Positions 24,958 through 38,859 of a DNA stretch of 64,000 nt are shown piece by piece. The stretch is from Dipteris shenzhenensis (taxonomy: Eukaryota), in assembly GCA_047967505.1 (NCBI GenBank), contig CM106538.1; one strand, written 5' to 3'. A program made the translations under genes and the position numbers. Numbering within the stretch: position 1 is the stretch's first letter; each line of letters begins with the position of its first letter. The notes below the pieces were generated by a model. The model searched no databases. It was not told where the DNA came from and saw only the letters and a program-made list of their open reading frames with translations.

Positions 24958-26234
24958 TTTATATGATATGCTACAAGATTCACAGAAGAAGGAAGGAAAA
25001 GGAAAGAACAGGGTATGACTATTCTATTATGTGAAGAAACTAAAAGTGAAAAGCATGATATACAATGCATTTTTTGGAGAGAATTATTTGTAAAGATACT
25101 ATATGTGAAAAGCATAATATACAATACATGTGGTATTAAAGTCTTCCTTTCATAAGTACAAAGCTTCTTATGAGAAGGGTTCTAGGAAAAGAAGACATAG
25201 ATAATACGATGAGCATGGGAACATGTGGATATGGGCAAATCAACATTAACACTATAAGGATAATGTAAACCAAGACAAGGCTAAACTAACTCATGAAACA
25301 ATTGTGCATATGATATTAGTATTCCGTCTCTATGCTGTGAAGCAAGAGAAGCTAAGCTAACTTATGAACCAAATATACATAGGAAGTGAGGATTCCCTTT
25401 GCTTTTTTCCTCTATCTTAGAATGTGAGGATTCAATCTCCTTACTTCTCTCTATCTTGATGATGTTGTTTTACAAGAGTGAATGAAATAAACATGATTAG
25501 AATGGTATATTCTCTCTTGCTAGCTCGACCTTTCCTTAGCATGATTGCCAAAATGTTGATGCTACGGCTCCATCACCTGATTAACTCAAAAGTGCTCGGT
25601 TTACAATCAAACCAGGTGCTGTGCTTGGTGAAGATGTTCACTCTTACAAGCCTAAGGTTGCTTGGGTACAGAACAAGTGCCAATATATAAAACACTAGGA
25701 GTTCGAGGCTAGCTATCATAGTAGAATTGTGTCATGATGAGAGAATATCGAGTCATGACCATACTTAAACACTTAGAAAATGGATTATATATGATAGAAT
25801 CAAATAGAATAGGGGTAGAAAAGAGAGCAAGAAGGTAAGGGAAGGGATTAAAGAGGGGACTGGTATGGCAACACAAGGAGAAGTGAAAAGAGTGAGAAGG
25901 GAACATTAGAGTGAAATGAATGGAAATTGAATTTGCTAAGGTAATTAACAGATGAAGAGGGGAGCAAGATAATGGTCATAGCACACAACATTTAGCAGAG
26001 AAATAATCAGAACCAAAGGAATAACTGAAACTAGAGATGCCATTAGAAACAACAATGCATTAGAGATGCTAGCTTCTATTATTCAAAGCTTGGATGGAAT
26101 ACTCCCAAGATTATTTAAAAAAAGGCCTCAAAGTGTCTCCACTTTCATCTTTCCTAGACATTAAAATTAGAAAATTGAGACTTGTGGGGTGCAAGTAGTG
26201 GCAGTGATGCAATTACGAGATCTATGTATGCCCA

Positions 26235-29200
26235 TGTGAAGATAGTGGGAGAGAAGGAAGGAGTCTCACTTGCGGCTTTCTCACATACACAATGGGGGAA
26301 TACACACAAAGGTGGAGGCTGAAAACAATTTTCCTCTTCTTAGTTGTGAAAGCCAAAAGAACTCAAGTACAAAGAAATAGAAGAACCCTATATGTGGGTC
26401 TCAAACCAAACTCAGCTAACTAAGGTGATACTAACTAAGCCACGAACTAGAGTACATAAAGATAGCTATCATCCAGCTATTATTCATGGGCAGTGTACCA
26501 ACCGCATTTGCAGCTAACAAGTCGGTGACATAAATGCACAATGGTCACCCTAGCATATCACGAGTGGAGCTTGATATCTCAACACTCCCCCTCGAGCTCA
26601 ATCCCAATTCTTGCACACCAAGCAGGTCTCTGAACTTGTGCAACTTCTCTGTGCCCAATGCCTTCGTGAATATGTTAGCTACCTGATCCTCTATGCTGAC
26701 ATAAACTAGATCAATAAGACCTAGTAAAACCTTCTCCCACACATAGTGATAATGCACCTCAATGTGCTTTGTTCTAGCATGATAGACTGGGTTATTTGCC
26801 AAGTGTATACTACTCATGTTGTCACAATAAATGATAACTGGCCCATCTATAGACTGATGCATATCATAAAGTAGCTTATGCAACCAAGCTACCTCACATG
26901 CAGCCATTGCTGCACCCCTGTACTAGCCTCTGTGCTCGACAAGGCAACTATAGGCTATTTCTTGCTGGTCCAAGTGACTGTAGCACTCCCAAAAGAGAAC
27001 ACATATCCACTGGTAGATCGTTTATCAGAAATACTACTAGCCCAATCAGCATCAGTGTATCCATGCAATTGTATCTGAACCCCAGCCTCATAAAATAGTC
27101 CATACTGCAATGTGGAATTCACATACCTGAGTATGCATCTAGCCGCATCCAAATGTGGTTTCCTTGGAGCCTGCATAAACTGACTTACCAATCCAATAGC
27201 ATAGCTCAAGTCTAGCCTAGTAATAGTCATATAAATCAAACTTCCTACTATGCGTCTGTACATAGTAGGGTCTTCCAGAAGCTCACTTGCATCTATGCTC
27301 AGTTCAAATTCTGCTCCAAAGGAACTGAAATAGGCTTACAGCCTGTCATCCCATATTTGGCCAGCATGTCCAATCGATACTGCCTCTGCAAGAGCCGTAT
27401 CCCACTTGGTGATCTAATCACCTCAATGCCCAAGAAATAATGCAGCTCTCCCAAATCCTTCATCTCAAACTTCTGCTTCAATAGCATTTTCACATGAAGG
27501 ATATCTTCACCACTATCACCTGTGATGATGAAATCATGAACATAAATGACAAGCAACATAATACCTTTCTCTGTTTTTCTCTCATAAAGTGAGAAATCTG
27601 CCTTGGAAATCTGAAAGCCAATAGTGACAAGATACTGTCCTATCTTGTTAGACCATGCTCTAGGTGCTTGCTTCAAGCCATACAAGGCTTTCTTCAACCT
27701 ACAAACAAACTCAGGATGAACAGCATGAACATAACCTGGTGGCTGCTCCATAAAGACCTCTTCTTGCAAATCACCATGCAAGAAGGCATTCTTTACATCC
27801 ATCTGATGTAAAGACCATCCCTTTGATGCAGCCATAGCAATGACTGCTCTTATGATTGCCATCCTTGCAAGCGGACTGAATGTTTCTTCATAATCAATGC
27901 CATATGTCTGTGCATACCCCTTGACAACTAATCTTGCCTTGTATCTGTTCACAGAACCATTTGCATTGTGCTTCACCTTATGAACCCACTTACAACCAAT
28001 TGCATTCTTGTCTTTAGGCAAAGGCACCAATTCCCATGTAGCATTTGCTTCCAAGGCATCCATTTCTTCATCCATGGCTTTCTCCCATTTTTCTTTTCCC
28101 ATGGCTTGCTCAAAAGAGGTGGGTTCTGGTTCCTGTATCACTTTGACCATATAGGCATAGTGAATGGCTGTAAATCCATCATATTTCAGCCTATCCACAG
28201 GATACCTAGCTCTGGTAGACCTGTGCAAAATAGGCTCAGTTCTAGGTGCTCTTAAAACATCCCTGGTCTTCCTTACTCCAGGTGTAACAATAGAAGGAAT
28301 ACCCAACTCATCATCAATGCTCTGTTCTGAGCCACTGGATTCACCATCCACATAAGAGTGACCTGCATTCACATCAAACATGGGCTGATCTACCTTCTCT
28401 TTTCCTTTTCATGATACCTGCATACCATTATCTGCGTTGCTTTGAGGAGATTCTCCCGACCTCAATCTGCTTGTCCATGGCTAAGTATGTGAACCACTGC
28501 TAGAGGACACTGCAGGTCCACTAATATTTTGTGATTGTTGTGGTGAATTCTGTGCAGCATTACCATTTTGTGCATCTACATTACCAATCACATTTACTGG
28601 TTTATACCAGTTGCTCATCTCATAAAAAACAACATCTCTACTCACTGTAAACTTACGAGTAGAAGGGTTATAGCATCTATACCCTTTTTGCTGCAGAGAA
28701 TAACCAATAAAGATGTACTTCTCAGCTTTTGGATCCAACTTAGACCTCAACTCATTTGGCACATGAACATAGGCAATGCAACCAAAAATTTTCAAATGAG
28801 AAAAAAATAGGTTTCCTACTAGTATACATCTCCTCTAGCGTCATGCCATGTATTGCTGCACTGGGAGTCCTATTCATTATGTAAACTACTATAGCAACTG
28901 CTTCAGCCCAATAATAATCTGGTAGGTCTTTTTCATTTAGCATGGCCCGAGATACCTCTCCAATATGCCTATTTTTCCTTTCTGCAATTCCATTTTGCTG
29001 TAGGGTATGAATGCATGAATATTGCTGCTTTATGCCATGCTCTTGCGAGAACCTTGCAACCTCATTTGAGAGGTACTCTCCCCCTCCATCTGACCTTAGG
29101 CATTTTATTTGCAGGCCTATTTCTTTTTCAACCATAGCTTTAAAAGCTTTGAAATGCCCAAACACTTCACTTTTCTTTTGCATAAAATACACCCAAACTT

Positions 29201-31724
29201 TTCTGCTGTAGTCATCAATAAAAGTGACAAAATAATGATAGCCTCCAATAGATGCAGCTTTAGTAGTCCACACATTAGAGTGGATTAATTCCAATGGCTT
29301 CTTACTCTCTTGAACATGTCTAGGAAAAGGTTTCCTTGCCCGTTTTCCAAATTGACAGGCTTCACATACCTTATGCATTTCTACAACCTTGAATTTAGGC
29401 AATCATGCAACAATGTTTTGGGCGTGCATTGATTTAAGTCGCTGTACATTAACATGACCAATGCGTTTATGCCAGATATCAATATCTGCAACTACATTGG
29501 TCCAATGTGCAAACATTGCTGCACTCAATTTAGGCATGTTCGCATCCAATGTGAACATCCTGCCCTTCTTCTTTCCTTTTGCTGTCAAGCGACTATTATT
29601 TTTCATATCCTCAACAAAGCATCCATGAGGATTAATTCTGACCTGCAAGCCCTGCTCAACCATTTGACCAATAGAAACCAGGTTCTTGGTGATGTTCGGG
29701 ACATGAAATACATCAGACAGGTATTTCTTTTTCCCATCCTACATAGATAAAGGAATTTTACCAATCTACATAATAGGATGTGTAGTATCATCACCAGTCT
29801 CGACAAATCCCGATCTTTCTATTTTCCTTGCATCTTGCATCCATTCTGCATGATCTATCATGTGGTTTGATGCACCTGAGTCAACATACCACACATCATT
29901 GCTGTCTTCTGCACTTGTCATAGAATTGGTCATGTGCTGCACCACCATAAATAAATGCTAATTTCTGTCATCACCCTGTCTACTAGAGGATGCATAATTG
30001 TGTTGCTGCAGTTTTCCATTCATAATGTCATTCTGCTTTTTGTAGCAGTCTTTAGCCATATGACCCATTTTACCACAATAGTAGCATTCAACATTGCTGT
30101 TTGCATTTTGGCCTCTCTGCCATCCACCATGACCTCTTTGGCTCCCCCTGCCTCTAGAGTTACCACATCCTCCTCAAAAGGACTGGCTTTCTTGAGTTTG
30201 TTGCATATTCTGATTTCTACCATGGCCTCCAAATCGGCCTCCTCTACCTCTGCCTCTACCTCTTCCAGCATTTGAGTAGAAGACAGTTTCTTTTGAAGTT
30301 CCTTCTGAAGAAGATGCACCATAATTTCTCTGCTCTTCAGAAATTAGAAGAGCAAACTACTCCTCAAAATTAGGAAATTTTTCACGGACAGCAATGGATG
30401 TCCGAAGCTGTGCATAATCCTTTCCTAGACCATTCAAGGTCTTAGAAACTAGATCATCATCTTCCACTGGCGACCCAATGGAAGCAAGTGCATTTGCAAT
30501 TTTCTTCACCTTCATGTGGTAGTCATTGATGCTCATATTTTCTCTCTGCACATTGTGCAACTCCTGCTTGAGCTACATTTTCCTGGCTTGAGTATTTGTG
30601 ATGTACATTTTTGCCAAAGTATCCCATGCCTCCTTTGGTGTACTTGCATCCTGAATATGCACAATCATAGAATCTGAAATACTGATAGACAGCTAGTACA
30701 TAACTTTTCTTGTTCTCTCATGCCATCCTTTAAATGCCTGCATTTCCTGTTGATTGGGAACATTAGGAAGAACTAGTTCTTCTTCATTTCCTGTAATGAA
30801 CTTCCAATAGCCTTTTCCCATAAGGAAATTCGTCATTCTAAACTTCCATGCTTGGAAGTTGTTCTTGTCAAGCTTTTCAGTGACAATCTATGAAAGAGAA
30901 TCAGACGCCATTACAGAACATTGCAAAATATTCTGTCACTGCAAAAAGCACAGCTTCTGCCTCACAAGGGCAAATCTGCAAAACTAACGAAAGTGGTATT
31001 TAACCACACAGTCACTTCCTAGTGACGATTTTACATCAATAGGCAGTAAAGATAATTCTGTAACTCCCAATATCTCTGCGTACATGCATACGATGCAATT
31101 TCTGCAGCAACTTTTCATCGATCTGCGGAGCAGTGGTTGCACTGTAAAAACAGGGCCTTTTTCTTAGTGCTTGCGGAGAACTTCCACCTCCAAAACGGGC
31201 CCCGAAATGGCCTCAAATCAGAAAAATAAAGTCACCAAGGGCTTTGGCCTTTCCCATAGCATATATTGCCCTCTCGCCACACCACGAAGGGCATCTCAAT
31301 CTGAGACAATGCACTGTTGCACTTTTTGGCTGTGCTACCTACAGAGATTTGCTCCCAAAGTCGAAAAAGGAAAGCAACACTGGTCCTCTTACTAGGACAC
31401 CGCGAAATTGGTTTGCTTTCTTGAGCTCCTTACCATGACTTAGGCTCTGATACCATGTGAAGATAGTGGGAGAGAAGGAAGGAGTCTCACTTGCGGCTTT
31501 CTCACATACACAATGGGGGAATACACACAAAGGTGGAGGCTGAAAACAGTTTTCCTCTTCTTAGTTGTGAAAGCCAAAAGAACTCAAGTACAAAGAATTA
31601 GAAGAACCCTATATGTGGGTCTCAAACCAAACTCAGCTAGCTAAGGTGGCATACTAACTGAGCCACGAAATAGAGTACATAAGGATAGCTGTCATCTAGC
31701 TATTATTCATGGGCAGTGTACCAA
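26235..31724 (-). mobile_element. Near full-length Ty1/copia family B with frameshifted gag-pol; 5' LTR truncated
   Basis: 3' LTR 26235-26584 with PPT at 26585-26593. PBS at 31443-31455 and 5' LTR 31456-31724 (lacks ~80 bp). Gag starts at 30911 (MASDSLS*IVTEKLDKNNFQAWK), followed by WYVDSGAS, WHKRIGH, RSDGGGEY, RT YKARLV/QMDVKNAFLHG and RH HARTKHIEVHYH. Confidence 0.97.
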
Positions 31725-32059
31725 TTTTCAAACAAATACAACCATAAACAACATAGGTAGTGGCTAGCTATGCTTAAGATGCAATCTCAAAACAAATATG
31801 TACTTCCAATCCAATCATCTCACAAAATTGTGAAAAACCCATTTGAAATGAGTAGCTAAGAGTAGTATGTTTCTCTAAAGCCATTCAATCATTGGCATCC
31901 CAATGACCATAACACAAAGATCACCTAAAAAATTTGTACAAGAGAAAACAAAAGCCCAAATTTAGGCACCCTAGTCCATATATGCGATGACTTGCTAGTG
32001 TAAAATTGATTAATGAAATCCCATAAATGAGTGCAATGCACTCCAAAATCTAATTCCAA

Positions 32060-32345
32060 AATATTGTGTCTTTACAACATAGCCGCATAAAATGGAAGGA
32101 AACATAGACATGGCTACTCCTCTAGAGCAATGGCATCCACATGATGAAAAATAGCATGTCTCTACAATGAAGAAATAAAATGAAAGGTAACATAAGTATG
32201 GCTACTCCTCCAAAGCAATGTCATCCACATAGATGCGACAAATTTGCAAAAATAGCATGTCTCCACAACAAAGATATAAAATGAAAGGAAACATAGATAT
32301 GGCTACTAGTGCTCTCTGAAGCAATGTCATCCACATAGATGCAAA
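32060..32345. repeat. Degenerate tandem repeat, ~90-100-bp unit, ~3 copies
   Basis: AAAATGAAAGGAAACATAGATATGGCTACT...AGCAATGTCATCCACAT...AAAATAGCATGTCTC recurs at ~32090, ~32178 and ~32278. Confidence 0.8.
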
Positions 32346-32821
32346 GATTTCTTCTCTTCTTTTCTTTTGCCTTCTTGTCATATTGCCCACCATGAACCTC
32401 CATGTGTTGCCTAGCCATGTTCATTGCATAACAAGGGAAACTGCTACTGTAATTGTCATTTTGTAGTAACTCCTTTCTTGGAGATTAAAAAATATCCCAA
32501 AGAATAATCCTCTATGTCTTACTAGAAGTCAACATCCTCAATTGGTTCTCCAAACTCTAGAACTGTATGAAGTGTGGATGCAGAAGTATCTCGTTGACCT
32601 TGCACCACTACACGTTTTACACAAACAATTCAATTTAAAAATCAAACCAATTGCATACCTGCAAAGTAAACTTCATTGTCATTTCTTAACACAAGACTTA
32701 AAATTTGGAAATTCAAGCATGACGTCAGATTATGTAAATTAGAATGACTCACCTCTATGTGTCATGATCCACTCCCTCTAAAAGAATTAAAAAATTAAAA
32801 GTAATCCAAAACAAGGAAGCT

Positions 32822-33760
32822 TCACCTATCGCCCATCAAGTCTCCTTCCAAAAGGATCCATGCCCTGCAAATGTATGCGGTCATGAACATGGAAACCATG
32901 TCTCCCAATCTGTAGCTTGCTGTCTCCCATCTATGAGTGGTAGAGGAAGTCAATAGCAACCATCCTGAGTCATCCAACATGGCCACACTGAGTCTGAGTA
33001 TTGCCTCAAGTATAGCAATGGACCACTTATTCCAATTAGGCAAGCCATCAAAACCCTCAACCGCCATGCCAGTGGGCATTTCCAATAGAATTACATCATC
33101 ACACCATAGAACTTTAACTTAACACCAAGAGGCACACCACAAAACTTCAAACTTACCTGCTCCATCTCCTCAAGAGTAAATTTGGATGCAAAAAAAGAGT
33201 CGTTAGCTTCACCCAATTTCCTAACTGAGTACAAAACATTTTTCAACTCCATTTTGACAAATGCCGAGTCCTCATTTAATCTTCACAAAGAAAGATCAAA
33301 TTATTAATCATCAAGTCCTAATATCATCACTTACTTGGATGTGCTTAATCAACATATCCCATCCACATTACATATTCAATCTATTCAATACTCTAATCAA
33401 AGGTAATTTATCCGTAGGACCAATAAATATAAAGCTCTCCCTCACTGCAATGTGCTTGGATGCATCAAACCAGTAGTTCTCCTTGATAGCCTCCATCCAG
33501 TCTTGAGTCCTATGATTGCCATCATAGCAAAGAAACATTTTGTATTCACGTCGTGCCAAAGATAATACAAAATATATTTTTCTCTTCAATGATAGGAATT
33601 TTAGTCCTAGAAGGTCCCTTCAAAGATAATACAAAGGTCCTTTTTCCTCCAAATAGCCATTAGAAGTGAATGTGGATTTCAATGCAGACCCATCTTGGGC
33701 CGACCTATCTCACACCATCATGAATATAAATGTGTCACAAAGGGATAAGGGGAGGTGGAG
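32822..33760 (-). pseudogene. Decayed spliced gene: ParB/Sulfiredoxin-like domain plus amino-(N6A/N4C)-methyltransferase-like segment
   Basis: Exon SALKSTFTSNGYLEEKG/FVLSL...KMFLCYDGNHRTQDWMEAI (DGNHR at 33509-33523). A 91-nt GT-AG intron (33371-33281) is followed by in-phase exon 33280-33157 ending CAG|GTAAGT. Downstream is DVILLEMPTG...WNKW...AMLDDSGWLLL. Confidence 0.6.
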
Positions 33761-34639
33761 TCCTTCTCATTATCCTAAGTCGATCCATAGTTTGTGCTAA
33801 TAATTCCACGTGAAAGTGAGTTGTATCTCAGTAAAAGTGTCTTCCTCACATAGTTTTTTTTCCTCTCCTTCTTACCCTTCACATCTTCTTTAGCTGGGAC
33901 TTATTATTTTGAACATACATCATATAAATCATCATCAATTTGGTCATCATCATCTCCAAATGATGTAGTTTTTGAAATATTGGGCTACAACAAATTATTT
34001 TTTGTTAGAGTATTAAAAAAAAAAACATTCAAAACATTTATTGAACCTTTAGCCATAGCAATATGCATTGATCAAGTGAAGGAAGTACTCACCCCAATTG
34101 TAACATTCTCTAGCTATACCTCTTTATCTTCATCTTTAGTCTCCTGCACCTACTTCTCTCCATCATTGGTCTCAACACGATGCAATTTATCTGCTGCTTT
34201 GTTGTCATTTCCATAGTGAGCTTATATAATGATCTGGTCATCACCATTCTAAAATACTTTTTAATAGTGCTCAGATAGTCCAAATAGAACTCTTAATTTA
34301 ATGTTTGAATCAAATTAGAGATACAAAATTTGGAAGCATCTCCTCAGCATCTCCCATCCAAATAAAAAAAATATTTTCAGTATTCTTAGTAATACCAGTT
34401 TGATTAAAGCATGAGAAACTGCATATAGAATAGCAAAAGAGACCTCTAAATTTAGTAACCTCTCTCTTATTCTCTCTCTTTCCCTTCCCTCCTCTCTCCC
34501 TCTCTTTCTATACTCCCTATTAACATGCTCACATGAAGATAATGCAAATTAAAAAATTTGAACTACTCCTCCCCACAACTGAGTGTGTAGCTTATCCAAA
34601 CATTTTTCACTATTTAAAAATGTCCACTCCTTAAAAAAT

Positions 34640-35265
34640 TTTGCCCCCACCAGACATAGCTCATGAGCTATGTCGATGAGGGTCAAAATTTCTATAGTAG
34701 ACTTATTTTTCCATCCCCTCTGACATACCTCACCGGCAAGCTATATCAGAGGGGGGTCAACATTTTTATAAAATATACATTTTTCCATTGTCCTCCAACA
34801 AAGCTCATCAGCGAGCTATGCAAGGGAGGATCAATTTTTTTGTAATGGATACTTGTTTCCATACCCCTTCCACTTAGACTTTCGGTGGGGTATGCTAGAG
34901 AAGATCAAATGTTTATAATGAATACTTGCTCTTCCATGTGCAAGCGGCTACAAACGTTCCTCCTCCAACCTAGAGTGAATAGCTAGGGAGGGAGTGCCAA
35001 TTCACTAGCCTAAAATACATCCTCCATAATGACTATTTATGCTAGTTATGGAATAAGGCCGCTATATTTTTTTACCCCTCTCAGCATAGCTCATGAGTGA
35101 GCTATGCTAGGAGGGGAGGAAAGTTTCTAAATTCATTAAAATATAGGCCCTCTCCTAGCATAGCTAGCCAGTGAGCTATGCTAAGAGAGGGAAAATTTTT
35201 TGTCATTCTAAAAAAATAATGAATGCATCTAACATAGCTCGCTGGCAAGCTATGCCAAGAGGGTG
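34640..35265. repeat. Array of ~40-bp palindromic units (CCCCTC..CATAGCTC-n-GAGCTATG..GAGGGG), ~73-75-bp period
   Basis: Units at ~34644 (perfect 22-bp palindrome GACATAGCTCATGAGCTATGTC, 34653-34674), 34715, 34791, 34864 (weak), 35075, 35148 and 35225, with AT-rich spacers. Confidence 0.85.
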
Positions 35266-36165
35266 CCTTAAAAACATTGCAAATGCTACTATGTGGATAC
35301 ATCCAACCAAGAGAACTAGTTTTCTCATCCACAATTGGAGCCATATCGTTTCCCCATTTTGTTTGCATCTCCCCTTTCCATTTCTTCATGTCATCCTGCA
35401 TTTGGGCATGTAGGCTTTAGAGCTCATATTTTTTGGTTTCTCTTAGCTTCTTCTATAGGCATTCAATCTTAGCATCTTGCATTTTGCATACCTCTTTGAC
35501 TATTAATATGCATGCCTTAATAATTTTGTCCTCCACCTTCTCCATCTTAGTCCAGATGACACTATACTTCCACTTCTTTTCACCTCTTATTTTCTAGTCT
35601 TGTGGATTCCCCATTGTTCCTATTTGGTGGGCTCTCTCTTTGCAGAAAGTGTTCAAGTGCAGAAGTTGTTCTCTCACATTATTGTGTGTTTGTTGCATCC
35701 CGGAGTGGCCTTCAAGCATGATGGTTGTCCTTCCTTCCTTTTCCCCTTTCAATGGCACATTTTTTGCACTTTTCTTGGATTGGGTCTTGATCTTCTTGGA
35801 CTACTTTGTTTCTTGCAGGTCTTAGATGGGAGCTAAGGGCTCACAAGGCCATGGGGGTAGGTGCAACCCATGAGACAATAGCTCACAGGGGCCTAGGGGA
35901 AGGTGCAATACATGGAATGGCATATAGAGGCATGGTACAATGGAAAAGTAGCTCACGAGGCTTGAGGCCTAGCAGAATGGTGCCCTCGCACACAGCAGCT
36001 AACTTGACTAGTAAATGGGTTTGTAGAAGGTCCATGACCAAGACGGAGCAACGACCAAGAGGGGAAGCTAGGCAAGATTCAAGGATAGCTGAAGGGTGGG
36101 CTATGGGTTGGTGAGGTGGGCTGAAGCATGGTGGGGGGTTTGAGAGGTGGCATGGGTGGGATGAG

Positions 36166-36169
<4 letters not shown>

Positions 36170-36231
<62 letters not shown>
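36170..36231. repeat. (GA)31 microsatellite
   Basis: Uninterrupted GA run. Confidence 0.99.
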
Positions 36232-36235
<4 letters not shown>

Positions 36236-36379
36236 ATTGCAAATGCATATTCGGAGTGGAGTGAGAAGATCACTACGCAATGTTGAACCTCTACAATGTA
36301 ACCCACTCAACCTAAGTTCAAACATGGAGTCCTAAATCCCATTAACAATTTGTCTTCTGCAATCATGTGGAAAGATGCA

Positions 36380-37928
36380 AATGCAAGGAATTGAAGGGCA
36401 ATACCTTCTTAGTGCAACATGAAGCTACTTGGGAATTATACAACCTTCCACTAGGAAAGAAGGCCATAGTAAACAAATGGGCTTACAAAGTGAAGTACAA
36501 TCCAGATGGAAGCATTGAAAGATACAAAGCAATATGGTCAAGACCATGATGAAACTTATGCTCCAGTAGCAAAGATGGATTCCATATGGTTCTTGATATA
36601 GCTAGTGACACTCAGCAAATGGAATGTGTACCAGCTATATGTCAAGAATGCTTTTCTCAATGGTTACCTAGACGAGGAAGTCTACATGCAACAACCAATA
36701 GGCTATGTTGAGCTAGGGAAAGAGAATCAAGTTTGCCATCTCAAGAAAAGTCTCTACAGCTTAAAGCAAGCACCCAAAAGTTGGTAAAGCAAAATTGACA
36801 AGTATATTGCTAATTTGGGATACATGAAGTTGAACTTTGTAGCAAATCATACTCTCTACTACAAAGTACTTGAATCGACAAGTATTTTGCTAATTTACAA
36901 GTATGATCATACTCTCTACTATAAGGTTTAAGGGGAAGACATTACTATTGCACTTTTGTACGTAGATGATCTGATTGTGATCAGAAGTAATGATAGCTTT
37001 AGCAAGAAGTTAAAACAATACTTATCTGTAGAGTTCAACATGAAAGATCTTGGACTTATGCACTATTTCTTGGTATTGAGTTCTAGAGAGACTCAGATAG
37101 CACCTTCATGAGTTAGCTAAAATATGTTGATAGTCTCCTGAAGAAGTATGATATGGCAGATTGCACAATTGCAACCACCCCCACAGAGTAGAGTTTGAAA
37201 ATTATAAAAGATTCAAAAAAGCCTACTGTCAATGTCAGGTACTATCGGCAGCTCATCGGATCTCTTATATATATGACTATCACATGGCTGGATATTTGTT
37301 ATGTAGTAAGTTCACTAGCACAATTTATGGAAAATCCAAAACAGCCTCACTAGAATGTAGCCAAAAGAGTCTTGAGATACATCAATGGTACAAGATAGAT
37401 TGTAATAGAATGCAAAGGAATTCATCCAAAGCTCCATGGATACTATGACAATGACTATGCCAGAGATCATGAAACCAAGAGATCAACATAGGGATATGCA
37501 TTTTTCCTTGGTAAAGGTGCTATATCATGGTTGTCAAACAAACAACCAACTATTTCTTTGTCTTCAATTGAAGCAAAATATAGAGCTTTCACTACAAGTG
37601 CATGTGAACCTATATGGCTCAGAAGACTATTATAAAAAACAAATTAATTTGATGAATCAAAGCCAAAAACAATATACCACGATAATTAATCAGCTCAAGC
37701 ATTGGCAAAAAATTCTAATATATCACTCCAGGACAACATAGCACATTGATGTTAGAGAGCACTTCATCAAAGAAAGAGTGTTACTTTTGGTGACATCACA
37801 CTGCAGCATTGTGATAGCAAAGAAAATGTTGCAGAAATCTTTAACAAACCACTTGGCAAAGAGCTTTTTGAGAAGCATCGACAAGCTCTTGGTTTGATGC
37901 AAAGGAAGGACATTGCCTAAAGGGGTGT
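36380..37928 (+). mobile_element. Heavily decayed copia RT-RNase H remnant
   Basis: [62 protein letters not shown] and RH ENVAEIFNKPL. PPT-like AAGGGGTG at ~37921. Confidence 0.85.
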
Positions 37929-38498
37929 GATGGAATGTAATACTCAGTCCTTCTTCGATTCCCCAGAATCATCATCTTGAGGGAAGGCCTACTTCATGAT
38001 GTTGATCTTGAGGGAAGGTGTTGAGAAACCATCTTAACATCATGTGTTAAATATTGGGCATAGCACTACAGAAGAGCTAGTGTACTTCAAAGACGCAGTT
38101 GACAAGCCAAAATGGCAAATTGCTATGAATGAAGAAATGGAAGCTTTGTACAAAAAAAAGTTCACATTAGAATGCACTAGAGTCCCTAGCCATACATTTA
38201 AGCATGGAAATAGGTAAATTTTATTAGGTCACATATCTACTCCAATCCATGGTAGATACAATTCTTAGTGTCAAGGGGATTACCTCAAAACATTTAGTGT
38301 ACCATGTGCATTCAAATGAGTGTTTTTAAATTTAAATTTAGAGAAAATTTTAACAAGATTATGATTACAAGAGGGGGTTTTGATGCAACATTAGGAAAAC
38401 ATTTGTTAGTTCATTAGTAAAGAGGTATAGTTTTATTCGAGGGAAATTTCAGTTGGAGGATTTTTTAATACCCCTTGGATGCATGTGATGACAAAATA

Positions 38499-38670
38499 TG
38501 AAGAGAGGAGATGAGAAGAGTGGAGATGAGGAGAGTGGGCATAGCTAGAGAGCACACCACAAATGACTAACTGCACAATAGATTTAGTTTTAAAATGAAG
38601 AATATATACAAACCCCTCTCAGGTTTAGGGTTAGGGCATCTAGCCCTCCTTTATAGCACTGTATGCCATG
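38499..38670 (-). repeat. Short LTR-like repeat family F, copy 2
   Basis: Homologous to 15665-15815. Contains TTTAGGGTTAGGG and minus-strand CTATAAAGG. Confidence 0.6.
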
Positions 38671-38859
38671 ATGGTAGTCGTAAGAGCATAATTAGTAGTT
38701 TCAATTTGAATTGGTTTTCCTTTTTGAGCATATGTCAATCTGGCTGGTGGTCTACTTTCCCTAGTAGATCGTCTGAGTTGATGTTGCTCTGGCACTCTTT
38801 CTCTTCTTCATCAACCTTTTCTATAGGTGATTGAGTATTCAGTGTGTTGATCTCCTAAG

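Noticed and set aside
33040-33100. PIF/Harbinger transposase (YWKCPLAW in an alternative frame)
   Set aside because: The motif is isolated and preceded by a stop, with no DDE context; the other frame is open for longer.
34640-35265. CRISPR array (palindromic repeats with spacers)
   Set aside because: Plant nuclear context, no cas genes, repeats far too heterogeneous, and spacers are AT-rich and low in complexity.
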